A stretch of DNA of 64,000 bases from Convolutriloba macropyga (lineage: Eukaryota). The stretch lies in assembly GCF_964194025.1 (NCBI RefSeq), contig NC_134480.1, forward strand, positions 23,560,001 to 23,624,000. The letters run 5' to 3'. Within the stretch, counting starts at the first letter, position 1. The number at the start of each line of letters is the position of its first letter. Below the pieces are notes generated by a model. That model saw nothing but the letters and a program-made list of their open reading frames with translations. It had not been told where the DNA came from and made no database searches. Of the stretch, positions 36,301 through 49,364 are shown in pieces. The position numbers and the translations under genes are program-made.

Positions 36301-38024
36301 AACTCAATATTTTCTTCCTCAGTGGTACCAATCTGCGTTACTGGTGCCAATTAAACATTGACAATTGATAATTAAACAATAAGATGAATTCGCAGAAAAT
36401 CTTGAAACGCCAATTTTTCTCGGCTTTGAAATTTTCCAATTTCAAATTTAATTTTTTTTTCTAAATGACAAGGTGCTATTCAATATGTAACCAGTAAATT
36501 TTGTCGACATAAGTTTCATGTAGAATAAACCTATCGCAATAACATTAAAGAAAACAATGTCCAGAAAATAAAGGAAAATTTTAGAACCATATCTTTAATT
36601 GCTTCCTATTGTTCCACTAGCAATCGCAACTATAGATAACTAGATTGATTAATTATTTTGGATGAATAAAAGTATTCGAATTTTTGCAAACGGCGTTTTT
36701 TTCTGTTTAAACCTGATGAATACAACCGATCAGCACTACAGCCAATATTCATCATAATTGAAATCTTTTTATTCAATCATTTTTTTCGATGTATGTGGCA
36801 CTGAGGAAAATTTGTTTGATTGTATTCAGAAAGAGCGGAACTTCATCTGAAAAAATTTAAATAAATTTTTAGAGATTTTTTGCTTGTTATTACAATAATT
36901 CCATCTCTAATTGCAAGAGTTTCATCTCTATAAACAGAACGAACGCTGTTCTAAAATTGACCATGTAATGTCTCCTTTGCGCTCTTCTCTTTAGTTCTTC
37001 TGATAAACAAACGCTGCTTAAATTGTATATAAAACAAAAATAAACGATAAGAAACCTTCGGAAAGACACAGATTTGCCTTACTAGACCGCAAAGAAAGTT
37101 GAAGGCAATGAATTTTTAATTTTTAATTTTCCTAATAAGTTTTGATGATAGCTGGAGAAACTTTCGGATGAAAAGTTTTGAGACAGGATAATTAGTCGTG
37201 CTGTTTTTTTTTGCGAAAAAACAGTTTCCAAAAGAAACGAAAGATAACGCTTTTATCATACTTTGATTATTGTAGGCCCAAGCGTTTGATATATTCGCAA
37301 TGCTGCTTCCCATCTGAAAATTTTTTGATTGGACTATGGGGATATACTCAAAACACTGCTTTGACGAAAGGCTTTTTTTGTGATTGTGAAAGCTGTTCAA
37401 AGTTAAAGGTTTTTGCTTTATAGTATTTTTGCTCAAGATGTTAAACATTGTCCACCAGATTTGACAAAGAAAGGGGTAACAACTGTCTAGGCGTATTTGT
37501 CAAAGGTGATGTTGAGCGAAACAAACATTTTTTAACCTGAAATTGTGCTATTGCTAAGTATGCGATAAGCTTTCTTCAGTTTCCCGTAAAAGTTGACCAG
37601 TTGTCATTCTTTACTGCATCATTTTCAACAAAGGGCCAGTTTTTGGTGTTAAACGGAAATAATGGTGTATTCAGAATGTTCTTCATTCCAATATATTTGA
37701 AATTAACCATATTTGTGCAGACGGTCATCGTCACTTAATGACTACGCAGTTTCAATGTTGCTTGAGCAAACGGTACTCGAGCAGTATTGTATGTAAATCT
37801 CTATATGTCACCTTCCAACAATTTTATTGATTGAAGTACCTTAATGTTTTCAGTGGAGGACGCTGGTAGAACGAACCGCGTGCAGAGCCGAATGCCAAAA
37901 AATGATAATTTAAACCAAATATTTCTTGTGCTCTGAAAGGTTGATTCTAAACTCGCTGCACTATTCAGGCAGGTTTTAGTGGAAAAATACCTACAAAATA
38001 GCGCAACGAAATTCTATACGTCTT

Positions 38025-38841
38025 CCCAGGATGACGAGCAAAGACAGAATTTGACCGCACTGACTTTGGTCGCGGACAGCGGGCTCCAGACCAACCATAC
38101 CAAAAAAAAGTATTGACTAGACCAAACAGACTTTTGCCACCCTTGGCTAGGCCAAATAAACCTTGGGCACTATTGGCCATACCAAACAGAATTGCAGAAT
38201 ATTCGCCAAAACGACCAGACCTTAGACCAGAGTGTTGTTCAGACCATTGGTAAGATCGACTAGACCCTAGGCCAGACTTTTGTCCAGAACATTGGCCAGA
38301 CTGAACAGATTTTGTTTGAGCCCTTGTCCAGGCCGATCAGACTCTATGCCAGACTGTTGTCCAGACCATTGGCCAGACCGAACAGACCCTAGGCCAGACC
38401 CACATATACGTGCAAAAGCGTCCACTAAAAGTTATAAGTTTTTCGTATCTGTTTGCAACGAGAAATCAAGAGATTTAGGAAAAAAAATTGTGAAAATAAT
38501 TGATTTAAAGGCCAATGCAAATTTTTGAAATTAAGTTCGTAAATTAGTGTACTTTTCAAGAAGTAGACGTTGGTTACCAACGATTGGCTAATTTTTGAAG
38601 AAAAGTCAATGCAGCACGCATTTATACTAATTGTAGAGGACCTGCTTTTCTTTTGGTTGCACCTCTAGGCCTTGAACTTCCCTATTGGCAGACCAAACAA
38701 ACCAAACTACCATTGGCCAGACACAAAGGGCGCAACCCAAATACTTTTCAGACCAATGCTGTAGGGTCGCACAGGACTCCTTGTCCGCGACCCAAGTCGG
38801 TCTTGCCAATACCTGTCTTTGGTCGCGGAATTCATCCTGGG
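38025..38841. mobile_element. CMC/EnSpm-like non-autonomous element (CCCAGG termini, 2-bp TSD TT)
   Basis: tt|CCCAGGATGA..CAAAGACAG..GGTCGCGGACA ... TGTCCGCGACC..CTGTCTTTG..TCATCCTGGG|tt; many internal CCAGACC repeats. Confidence 0.7.
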
Positions 38842-39847
38842 TTTAAATGACATTAATCGAATGTTTTAGTTCAAAAGCCATTGCTGAAAACAAAGCAATG
38901 TTTAGTATTGAATCTATAATCAGTTCTTCTGTATGATCCAGGCTTATGGCCTGTTAACAGTTAAAAGAACAAAGCATTTGTGTGAAAAATTGTTCCGAAC
39001 TTATTTTTGTTTGTCATTACATTGAAAAAAGCACATTGGCTCGAGTATATACACTCCGCTCCTCGCTGTTTGACTGACACCTTATAAGCACACGTATTAT
39101 AATTAGGAGAATAAGCGCGCGCAAAATGGTCCGACAGCCTCAAATTTTAGTAAATAGGTCGCCAATTTTTTCTGCATTTCACAGTGCGCGAATAATCGCA
39201 ACAAATACAATTGATTCTTATCCATTAATCTCGTCACCGACTCTCATCTATTCCTTTGATTTTGGGGCATCAGTTTTGCAGTGCCATTGTGGCTATAATT
39301 CTCTGCCGAAATTATCGATAAAGACAGGCAATTTGGTCGTTTATTTTTGCAGTTTCGCTGATTTTGTGCTAACTTGGTAAAATACGAAAAACCAGCAAAT
39401 GGTGTTTTTACACAAATACAACTTTTTTTATCATCCATTTCCAAATGAGAGGTGTGGGAAAATAATGTGTTGACTACAAAACTTACTGCATAATATTTAT
39501 GTCGCTGTATCTAGATCACCTTTAAAATAACATTATTATGGAAATTGTTTTAAAATTGAGCTCAAGAACACTAACAAGAGACTTCGAACGGTTGATATGC
39601 AAGTCGAATGCTTCCGATATAATGTTTTGTTAGATTTCGGTTTTCTTCCAAAACTTTATAAATTTTTTCCGGAAGATTATTTATCTCGCAAATTCTTGTA
39701 TTCATGCACGATTGCCAATCCTACCCAAGACTCATGCAAATTATTACAAGATATAAACAGCTGTTCTAGACAAGGAAAGCAATTATTCGGTGTCAGTTAC
39801 AGTCGGCATATTGTTTATATTGAAAACTCTCTCAATTTTTGAGTCTT

Positions 39848-40507
39848 TTAAGCATCAACTAAAAATTTAACGCTTGAAGCTTGTCCCGAAAGTGCGGTTG
39901 GTGAGGATTCGTCAGAATTGGACTGCTGGACCTGAACTGTAGAACTGTTCTGAGAGACGTCAAAATCCTCTTCAGCTAACATCCAAATCGGCGGCTCGAT
40001 CAAACTCGACTTCATTGGTCTGATGGGAGATCGTGGATTCGTAGAGTTGCCAAGAGCTGATTGTGGTGAAAGTAGGGTAGCGTCGTATTTTTCGGAAAGT
40101 GATTCAAGTTTCAACTTCTGGACTCGTTTCCGGTCCTTTCGTTTGGTTGTTATTTTTGAAAATGGCTTCAGGTTGTTGAATCCAGCGGATCTGAAAGAAA
40201 TGTTTCCTTTAGTATTTACGAGTTTTTATTTCAGTAATACATAAAATTTCAGACTGAATTCACGATTTTTTCACAGTATCGGACCTCTTTACAGAGTTCA
40301 AAAATCATGCAAAATTTTTCAAATATCTATATCGGTATAGGATTTACGTACAAGAATTAATTTCAAGTTTAAAAAGTTTCCAGTAAAATAAAGCTAATAA
40401 TCAGAAAAACAGCGCTAGATTTATTGAATTGGGCAATTAGCAAAAACGCGTGCAGTACCTCTATATTATATACATTCTCCAAATCTAAATTCAGCACCCG
40501 TGTTCAC

Positions 40508-40564
<57 letters not shown>

Positions 40565-42391
40565 GGGGAGGATTGCACAGCGACAGCTTAACTTCTCGGC
40601 TTTCGGAACTTTATTTATAGCTACATTAGTCTCGCTTACATACACGCATTTGCGTTAGCATCATATGTTGAATTTTTTTGATTAATTGCTAATGAGATTG
40701 TGCAACTTTATGGTCCTCTCGTGTAATTTTACATTTTTCCAAGTTCTTTTCACTGACAAAAGTGAAATTCAAAGTGACCCCCTCCCCCCCCCCCCCCCCC
40801 CCCGAGTTTTTAGCTTTGTTAAGAAAGTATTTTTCTTTTTAGAAAGTATTGTCTAGAAAATAAAAGGACCCTTTTAAATAAAATTTCTTTTTGAAGAAAA
40901 AAGCGCTAAAATGGGTTAACACAAAACCATCAAAGAAACAAATCCTAGATCTCTACCCAGGAATTGGTGGCTTTTTGATTGCTGGCTCGGTGTTGTGTCT
41001 TCTCAGAATCCGGAGTCGCTGGACACCACTGGTGTTAACAATGACGTCATTGGTTGCGAGTGGTCTGGAAGCTTTGTTAATGGGTTTGATTTCGATCTCT
41101 TCTTCTGCGTTGTATGCTGTCATACATGAAACGTATCGCGAAGAGTCGTCAAGATATGTGATCTCGTCCACTGAAATTGACAAAAATAAAGCTGAATTAT
41201 TTTGGATAGTACGATGATAAATCTCTACGGCTAACTTCAAAACCTTCGTTTAAGATGGAATAAAACTTATACACTCTATGTCCAGGGGTATAATGGGAAA
41301 CCCCCAATCGCTTTGTAGAGTAACAAGTATTAGCCTCTATTAGCTTCCCAGGTTTACCCAGGTTAAGGTCCCAGACCAAAGTCGCCTCTGATCAAACCGA
41401 TGCAGGCCGAAGTGACCTGTGATCAGACAGACCATCGTGTGCTCAAAACTTTGTAAAAGCTTGAAGTGCGCTCGATATCAGCTCTGATTAGAATACTTCA
41501 GACCAATGCGACCCCTGTCCAGACCATTATTCAGACGTTCGTGCGCTCGAAATTTTCTGTGATTAGACCATCTCTGATCAGACTCTAGCTGATCAGACAA
41601 ACGAATAGCCCCCATCCGACACCACCACAAGAAACTAGAAGGCTGCCAGGGCAGATACTAGGTGGGCTAAATAGCCCCGTTTATCTGTCCTCTCCGAGAT
41701 ACCTTTGATATGTAAGTAATTTCAATTGATATATATTATGAATTATATAATGTATTATGTAATTAATTAAATTGTTCATAATTTTTATGATAAAGGAGAA
41801 ATTTATTCTTTCTTTCTCTCTTTCTTTCTTTAGAATTCAGGTTTTAGTCCTAATTTTCAAGTGTGTTTGAATTGTGGAAATGAAATATGTAAAATTAAAG
41901 TAAGAGTTGACATGCAGTTTCCTGGTCCCAAAATTATCAACTTTCATTTTAAGTTTTTGAATGTTTGGAAAAGTTTTTTTTGCGCAATGCTCTTACGACA
42001 GAGAAATATACCTGCTTTTAGTTCTCAAGCCTCGAGGCAATTATTATATTAAGAGCAATTAAATCAATTTTGCCTCTAAATGCCACTTACAGTTCTCGTA
42101 AATATGAAAAGCCGAGGGATCCAAAATAGTATAGCTATCCTTGCGATCCCGATTTTCCCCTTTCTTCTTGTTCCTCCAGCAGCAGTTCTTAATAAACATG
42201 GCCGCGATCATCACAGCACACAAAACCAAGATGGCCGCCACCGTGATCAAATTGATCTCTTCTTCCTCCATTCCCGATACTTTCATGTAAACTTTCACAT
42301 AACTGTAAGGCTCGTATTTTATTGGCTCGCCGTTGAAAAAGTGCGGATAACGGTTCGGGTCCAGCCCTAGTTGACTCATGTGTGACGTCAT
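39848..42391 (-). CDS. Single-pass (type III-like) transmembrane adaptor-like protein, 285 aa (exons 42391-42091, 41170-40957, 40190-39848)
   Basis: Three ORF-track fragments join in frame: T|gtaagt..tttcag|TG (phase 1) and GG|gtagag..tttcag|A (phase 2); total 858 nt. In-frame stop four codons before the ATG. TM LITVAAILVLCAVMIAAMFI, then KNCCWRNKKK and a Tyr-rich disordered tail. Confidence 0.8.
40509..40570. repeat. (GT)n microsatellite plus poly-G run
   Basis: About 20 GT units followed by about 20 G, directly after the hairpin acccgtgttcacgggt. Confidence 0.9.
41357..41600. mobile_element. Truncated copy of the CCCAGGTTAAGGTCCCAGAC element family
   Basis: Same terminus and CTGATCAGAC subterminal motifs as 48542-50006; lies in intron 1 of the 39848-42391 gene. 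Confidence 0.6.
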
Positions 42392-44629
42392 TTTTCCCGA
42401 TTATCCAATGAAATTATTTCTTCTCTTTTGAGTATCGATAATAGATGGTGCAAATAGGTATGTTGAGGAATCAATTTTTAAAAATGTTAATCAATTTGTC
42501 AATTTGTTAAGAGAGCCCAAAAGTTCTTCTTAAAAGGAGATTTTTTTGCGACCGCAATGCAACTTATTTCTGAAACAAAAAATATATCAGGCTGATTTTA
42601 TGAGCTTAATTTTTAAAATGTATAATGTCAAAGGCAGCACAGCACTGAAAGACGCTTAAGATTTGAATAGTAAGATTATTGAGTAATTGTAAATTAAGGA
42701 ATATATTGACGTGCCGTAAAACAATCAACGTAAGCAACAGAAATTCAATTATTAATTTTGTTTTTACTGTATTAGTAAAAGCAATGGTTTAACTTCAACG
42801 GGCAATTGAACAAAAATTTCGGAGACAATCGCTTTGATGAAAGTTTATTTTCAACAATATTTTTCAATTAAGAGCATTTAGCGCTTGAATATAAAATTAA
42901 TTGCGCTAATTTAAAGTATTGCGCATTATTTAGTCTTATCGATTCAGAAACTGCGTAGCAAAATAAGAGACGAAATAAAGACCGTGGTTCAAAATTATGG
43001 TATAAAAAATTTGCACCAGTTTTATATAATCTGTTCACTTATTGTTCACATGAATGGAACTGAGCCGTGGAATTTGTTTATTTGTTTGGATTTTTTTTTG
43101 GGGAAGTAAAGCAGTTTTGTGCCATTGGATAATATACACCATGAATGAATGCGTGGTGATAGCATTCTGCAAAAAGTTTTGAATAATTAATCGCATCCAC
43201 TCTTTTTTTGCATAGGCAAAATGAATTGGTGTTTAGAAAAGCACCTGTGTTTATTCGTGACGTCATTTCTTGTTCCCTTTTACACTGCGATTATCACGTG
43301 AGAGAAGTTAAAATTAGTAAAACCGAATCTAGTAAAGCCTTTGTTAAAAATTATTTTAACTTAAGAGATATCGGCTTGAAATTAAAAGCTGAAATTAGTG
43401 TATACCCGTAGCAAAGTTAAAGTTATAACAAGGCCTAAGATAAGAATTTGAAAATTTTTCACGACCTTCTAAAAAACGGTATTTTAATTGTACATCGTAA
43501 CACTTAACGCTGTGTAGATATTGATAATTTATAAGTTGGAGTACTCTTAAAAGGAAATTCCGTTCTTTTTTTTCACAATTAAAAAATTCCAGCGTCGAGA
43601 ACGGATGTTGTAAGTCAATTTCGATTTTGTAGTGAAATCTTTTAGAATCTTTCAAAATAAAAATCATCTTGCAACCATCGTCAGATTGTTGCCCGGGTCG
43701 ATTTTTTTCCGTCCAAAAGGATGTAATAGTGTGGCTGCAATGGGAGGATTTTTTAGGAAAAAGCAATTCAAAACTCCTACATCTTTTCGGGCTGCAATGG
43801 GCTGCAAAGCGGGATAAAATGATGTAAGAGTGAGGGGATAAAAGATAAATTAACCCCCACTCTTACAACAAAATGGGAAAACTTTAGGGAAGATATTTGA
43901 CCCGGGTGCCAGGGCAGAACAGTGTTTGTTTCCTATCCTAGACCTAGCCAAAATTGAACAAATCACCCACAAAGATAACCTCCGACAACGTCTCCTATCT
44001 AAAAATTAAAGACAAAAAAGCTGGAAAAATCGACCCTGATAACATTTCCTATCTCTTTCTTAGATAACAAATCATAACTGCTGAACGTATTTTGTTAAAG
44101 ACATATTATAAGTATATATAAACTACTGCTTACAGAAAAATAGACATTCGTGCTTCTTGTTTCTCAGTCGAGCTTAATTGAACGCAGGATATTTTATGGT
44201 CAATGTCCTTCATTTTGCTGAGCTTCGTCTGTTATGAGGAGTTTTCGAGTATCATTGAACTCATTTTCAAATTTTTGTTTCCTTTTGGAGATATTTTTTG
44301 GCGAATTTGAGCACTTTTGTTTTTTTTATCAAAAACTTATCCTGAAAAACGCTGCTAAATCGTTGGTTGAACTTTGATGCAACAAATTGTTGCGCATTAT
44401 CTGATAATATAGAAAATTTTCAATAAAAATAGCACATCATAATGCCTTTTTAGCTGTTTCTCCTAAAAAAAATTATCCACTACTTTTTCTTGTAAACTGA
44501 TGAGCTAAACTTTCTAGTAATACTGACAAATGGGAATTCGTTTTCTCTCTTACCATCTAGCAGATTGATCTGGAATTACAAGCAGCTTGACCATTTTTTT
44601 TTTGATAATTAAGCCTTAAATTTAAAATG

Positions 44630-46300
44630 AGCGGTTGCTGCTGGTTGTCCGCTGAATTATGTGAACCAAAGAACTCTGTGTCACTGAGAACATTGCGTGC
44701 GGGAATTTTCACGCCAATCAGCTCTGGTTTCAAAAACTTATCGTTAGAGTCAATGGCTTCTGCTTTTCATCCACCGGCAGTTTCTGCAAAAATAGCTCTA
44801 AATGAACTTCTCGTACTCATTCCAATATATGGGGCCTAACTGTCGTTTGTTCCATTCAGAAATTGTGACAACATTGATAGCTTATAACGACCTTTGGACA
44901 AAAAAAGAAAAAATCATAGATGTTGGTAGGACGAGGTTGTTTTATAGTGGAGAATGATGAACGTTTGGGATCCTTGATTTTGGACTCTCATTTAAAGATC
45001 GTGACAATTTTTTTGAGTGTAAACATATGGCAGTTAAAAAATTTGTGACACTGACATCATCGCGTATCTCGCTGAATGTTGCCTGATTAGTCCATCGTCA
45101 TTCAGACTATCGACTTTGAGTTCGAAATTCTTCAATTAAATCATTTTTAGCTTTTTCATTAAAAAATTGTCCCAGATGTTTCTTTATAATCTGGTGAGCT
45201 AAGTTTTCTAGTAAAATTGGCGGACCGCTTCTCAATTCCTCGCTTGCCTTCTGGCAAGCTGATCTGAAATAAGAGGGTTGGCATTTTTTGTGATAATTTA
45301 GCTTCAAAATTATGCTGTTAGCTGCCAAAGAAAATCTTCATAAACTGGAATGTTGCTTGTGAGGCTTCTTTTAATTGGTTAATTTATCTAGCACTCAGAA
45401 TTTGTTCTAATCTTTCACCTTTTCCCTTGTTAACATGCAATTATTGTGCGTTTTTTTCATGATGTTGCTTTTTAATAAAGTTTTTTCAACTGTGTCAGAG
45501 CCCTCGCTTCTTTATTTTAGCAGCAACTAGTTCCGTTTGATTCGATTTTAGAAACCAATCTTTGGATAATAATTGTTTTTCGAAGATTTTGTTGTCGTTG
45601 GATCTTACTTTTCTTTTGCAATAATTGAAACAAAAACGAACAAGACAAGCAAATTGTGATGTTTTTATAAAAGCATTCGAACTCTTTTTCAATCAAAATC
45701 AAAACAGTTTTGAACTTTTTACAAGCCTTGAACTCTTTTTGATCTTCTTTGATTGTTTGAGTATGATCATTATAACAAGTTTTTTTAAAAAATGTTTCCT
45801 CTATGTTGCTGCTGGTTGTCTGTTGAAAGATGTATATCAGAGAATTCTGTTTCACTGAGAACAAAACGTGCCTGAACTTTTACTACTGTCTGGTTCAATT
45901 CTGGCTTCATTAAATTTTCATTAAAGTCATGGGCTTTTATTTTTCATTTGCTTGAGATATTTGCAAAAATTGTTCTGTATGAATTACCGTGCTCATTCTA
46001 GAATTTGGGCCTACTTGTGTCTGCCATTCAGAAACTTCGACAACATTGGTTGCCTAATATGACCTTCAGAAAAAAACAAGAAAGACTATATGGGTCGTGG
46101 AAGGACGCGGTTGTTTTAATTGGAAAATGACGAACATTTTCAGTTCCTTGCTTTTGGAATCTCAATGAAATACGGTGAACTATCTCTAGAATTTAAACAT
46201 CTGGCAGTTGAACGAGTTGTGACACTCACGTCCTCGCGCATCCCTGCTGAGGATTAGTTGAGTAGTCCATTGTCATTCAGACTATCGATGTCGAGTTTGA
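44630..46300. repeat. Diverged ~490-bp direct duplication (44630-45125 vs 45805-46300)
   Basis: Shared colinear blocks gttgctgctggttgtc, tcactgagaaca, ccattcagaaa.t..gacaacattg and agtccat.gtcattcagactatcga. Confidence 0.75.
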
Positions 46301-48673
46301 GCTTCTTTAAGCGGGAAAGAAGATTAGAAAATCGTTTTGTGTTCTGTTTCATTCTTTGTTCTGTTTTTTGTTCTGTTTATGTTTTTTGGTCTGTTTTTCT
46401 TCAGTGCATACTATCCCATATATTAAGCGAGCGGCTGCTAGAGTGCAAAAAAGATTTTTGTAAATTGTAAACGTCTTTTTGAGCTCCTTAAAGCGCGAGA
46501 AAGGATTAGAAAATTGTTATTTGATGGAAAACTACTGGAGTTCTGATTATATCATAACACGGAATCAAGTGTATTTTTTTGCTCGTTGACTGTTGTTATG
46601 GCTTTATTGATGAGGAGGTTGAGTAATACCAAACACTTGCCGTGATCAATTACAGATTGTGTGAGGTCGAGACTGCTTTTCAATCACGGATGCTGTCGTT
46701 AATTTCAAGCTCTTCAAAGAAAAATTCTGCTTCTTTTAACAACTTTTGAAACTAAGAACGTCTGTTAGCATTAATTTTATATTCTTTGCCAATCTCGGTA
46801 ACAATATCACTTCGTTCACCATTTAGACCAAGCGAAGTAATTGGGACTTCTGTCGATAACTTCTGAGACCCAGAATTTATTGAAAGAGAACTAGGAGTTG
46901 TTATATGACAGCACGGCTAAATCTACTGTGTATTTCGGGGGGGGGGGGGATTTGTCAACGTTTTTGCTTTTCCCTTGCCTACGCAAACTCAACCGTTTCA
47001 TTTTTTTCCTGTGTTTATTCATTTCATACTATCCATATACTAAGCGAGCGGCTAATAGTGTGCAAAAAAAATTTTTTGTTTTGTAAAAGAAAAGAAATTT
47101 GGAGAGGTTTTTTAAGTTTTTTCTTGATTGGTTGCTTCATATTTGTTGAATCATACCATGAATTTACACCAGTTTCTCCGTTGTAAAAGCTCATAATGGT
47201 TTATTTAAAATTAGAGAGGAAGATTTCAACGTTTGCTTTTGTCTTTTGTTTATTCTTTTTGGTCACGGAATTCAGTTGAAAGTTTCTAAAGTTTTTAAAT
47301 TATGAAACCATTTTCTGGCTGTTTTCTTTTCCTCGAAAACTAACTGCAATTTTTCTACTCTTGAAATGTCGCTGTTTTTGCAATTAGTTAAAACTAAATT
47401 CAAAAGTTAGATATCTTTTTGACTGAGTTATTTGTTTCAAATTTCGGAAAATGTTTTCGAAATTACCGTTCCTGATAAAATTCTTGTAAGGTTTTTCTTC
47501 TTTTCAAAAGTCTGTTGTCATTTAACGTAGCAACAACTTTACGCTCTTTTTGTTTCATCAAGAAAAGTCAATTTGATTGTTAAATTTGTGAGTGCTGGAA
47601 TTTTTTTCATCGAAAACCAGAAAACGTTTTTTGATTTTACTTATCGAAACAAGATCTTTTTTGCGTTTTTTTCCGCTTTCCAAAGATAACTAAATCTTTA
47701 ACGGTGCATTAATTTTGCACGTTACAATTACAAAAGCTCAATTTAACTGTTACATATGTAGGTGTCCAAATGTTTCTTGTCGAAAACCAAAAAATGTTTT
47801 TAAAATTTACTGATCGAAAAAGTTTTTTTGTTTTCGTTCTTTTTGAAAATAATTCGAAACTTTAATGTAGCAATTACTTCACGCGCTTTTTGTTACAATT
47901 AGACACTTTGATTCTTCTTTAAACTTACGTGTCTAAAATCAGAAGACGTTTCTCGACTTTACTGATCGAGAAAACGTAGCCGCTTTTTGAGTGCCTTCTC
48001 TTTCTAAACTCTGTCTCTCCTAGCAAATTAAAATAATGAGTTGTACTGAAAATTTGTTGGGTGCCAAATTTCTGTTTCTGTAGGACAGATCAAACCGGTA
48101 AAAGGACTACAGATTTGATGTCAGATGAGACCTCGGCGCTGCTGTCTTTGCTTTTGTCTTCGTGGTGCTTTCACCCTCCTTGTTTAAAAAAACTCCGTTT
48201 CAAAAGGTTAACAATTTTTTTTCTAATCAAAGAGGTACGTCTCTGAAATATTTTTTATAAAACATCTGTTATATTCTGTTTGGTTTCCTCTTTTCGTTTC
48301 TACGGTTGCGATTTCTTATAGCCTTCATGATTTTCTTTCTGAATTCCCAAGGTCATTGGGAACAAACAGATAATGCCTTTGAATTTTTCTTCCCGGCCAA
48401 TTTTTTGATGATGTAAACGCTAACCAAGAATTCCCGGTATGTTTTTGTAGCCGTTTTTTATCAAAATTTGTCCCGATTAGTGTTGCAAGTTTTTGAATTC
48501 AGCGGTAATCCTCTTACTTCACGTTTCACTGCTGACGGTCCCCCAGGTTAAGGTCCCATACCGCCTCTAATCAGACCACGGGGGTGTAGTGAGACCCAAA
48601 TTACAGAGTCCGGAAAATGTTATGGTCGCAAGATGGTCTGGACAATGGTCTCACTAAGGTCTGCACATAGTAT

Positions 48674-49364
48674 CCCAGGTTGAGGTGCCATCCGGAAGTG
48701 ACCTCTGATCAGACCACGTCCAACGCACACGGTGTGTTCCCAGACCAAAATTACAGGGTCTGGGATTTGGCTCCAGCGCACAATAGTATGATCAGAGGTC
48801 ACTTCGGTCTGGGGATGGTATGATCAGAGGTCACTTCGGTCTGGGGATGGTATGATCAGAGGTCACTTCGGTCTGGGGATGGTATGATCAGAGGTCACTT
48901 TGGTCTGGGATGGTATGATCAGAAGTCACTTCAGGATGGGAATGGTCTGATCAGAGGCGTATTCAAGCGCACATTAGTCTGATCAGAGACCATTTCGAGC
49001 GGAATTTTTTTTTGATTTTTTGTTTTTTTACAGAGAGATGTCGGCTCTGTCAAGACATAGACGAGATAGTCTGATCAGAAGTGATTTTGAGCGCACAATC
49101 GTCTGGAAAATGGTCTGGGTTTGAACTGGGCTATGGTCGCACAATCGCCTGGACAATGGTCGGATTATGGTCTGATCAGAGGTCCTTTCCGTCTGGGAAG
49201 GTCTGATCAGAGACAGTTTTGAGCGCACTTAGAGCGCACACGGTGTTTCGAGCGCACTTTAGTCTGATCACAGGATACTTTGGTCTGGGAGGGTCTGATC
49301 AGAGGTAACTTTCGTCTGGCCCGGTCTGATCAGGGGTCACTTCCGGATGGCACCTCAACCTGGG
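48674..49364. mobile_element. Younger CMC/EnSpm-like MITE nested in the outer element; 42-bp TIR, 2-bp TSD AT
   Basis: at|CCCAGGTTGAGGTGCCATCCGGAAGTGACCTCTGATCAGACC ... GGTCTGATCAGGGGTCACTTCCGGATGGCACCTCAACCTGGG|at (one mismatch). Confidence 0.85.
48787..48945 (+). repeat. 32-bp minisatellite, 3 identical plus 2 variant units
   Basis: TATGATCAGAGGTCACTTCGGTCTGGGGATGG at 48787, 48819 and 48851; variants at 48883 and 48914. Confidence 0.9.

Noticed and set aside
36000-37900. Coding-like decayed minus-strand sequence, possibly a transposase relic (CIFES-like motif)
   Set aside because: Too fragmented to assign a family without a profile search.
40891-41217. 108-aa + strand ORF with hydrophobic stretches, and + ORFs 40023-40244 and 42080-42370
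   Set aside because: Antisense to exons of the spliced minus-strand gene, which has consistent splice phases.
48787-48945. 32-bp repeats resembling a CRISPR array
   Set aside because: The units abut with no unique spacers, there are no cas genes, the context is eukaryotic, and the array lies inside a MITE.
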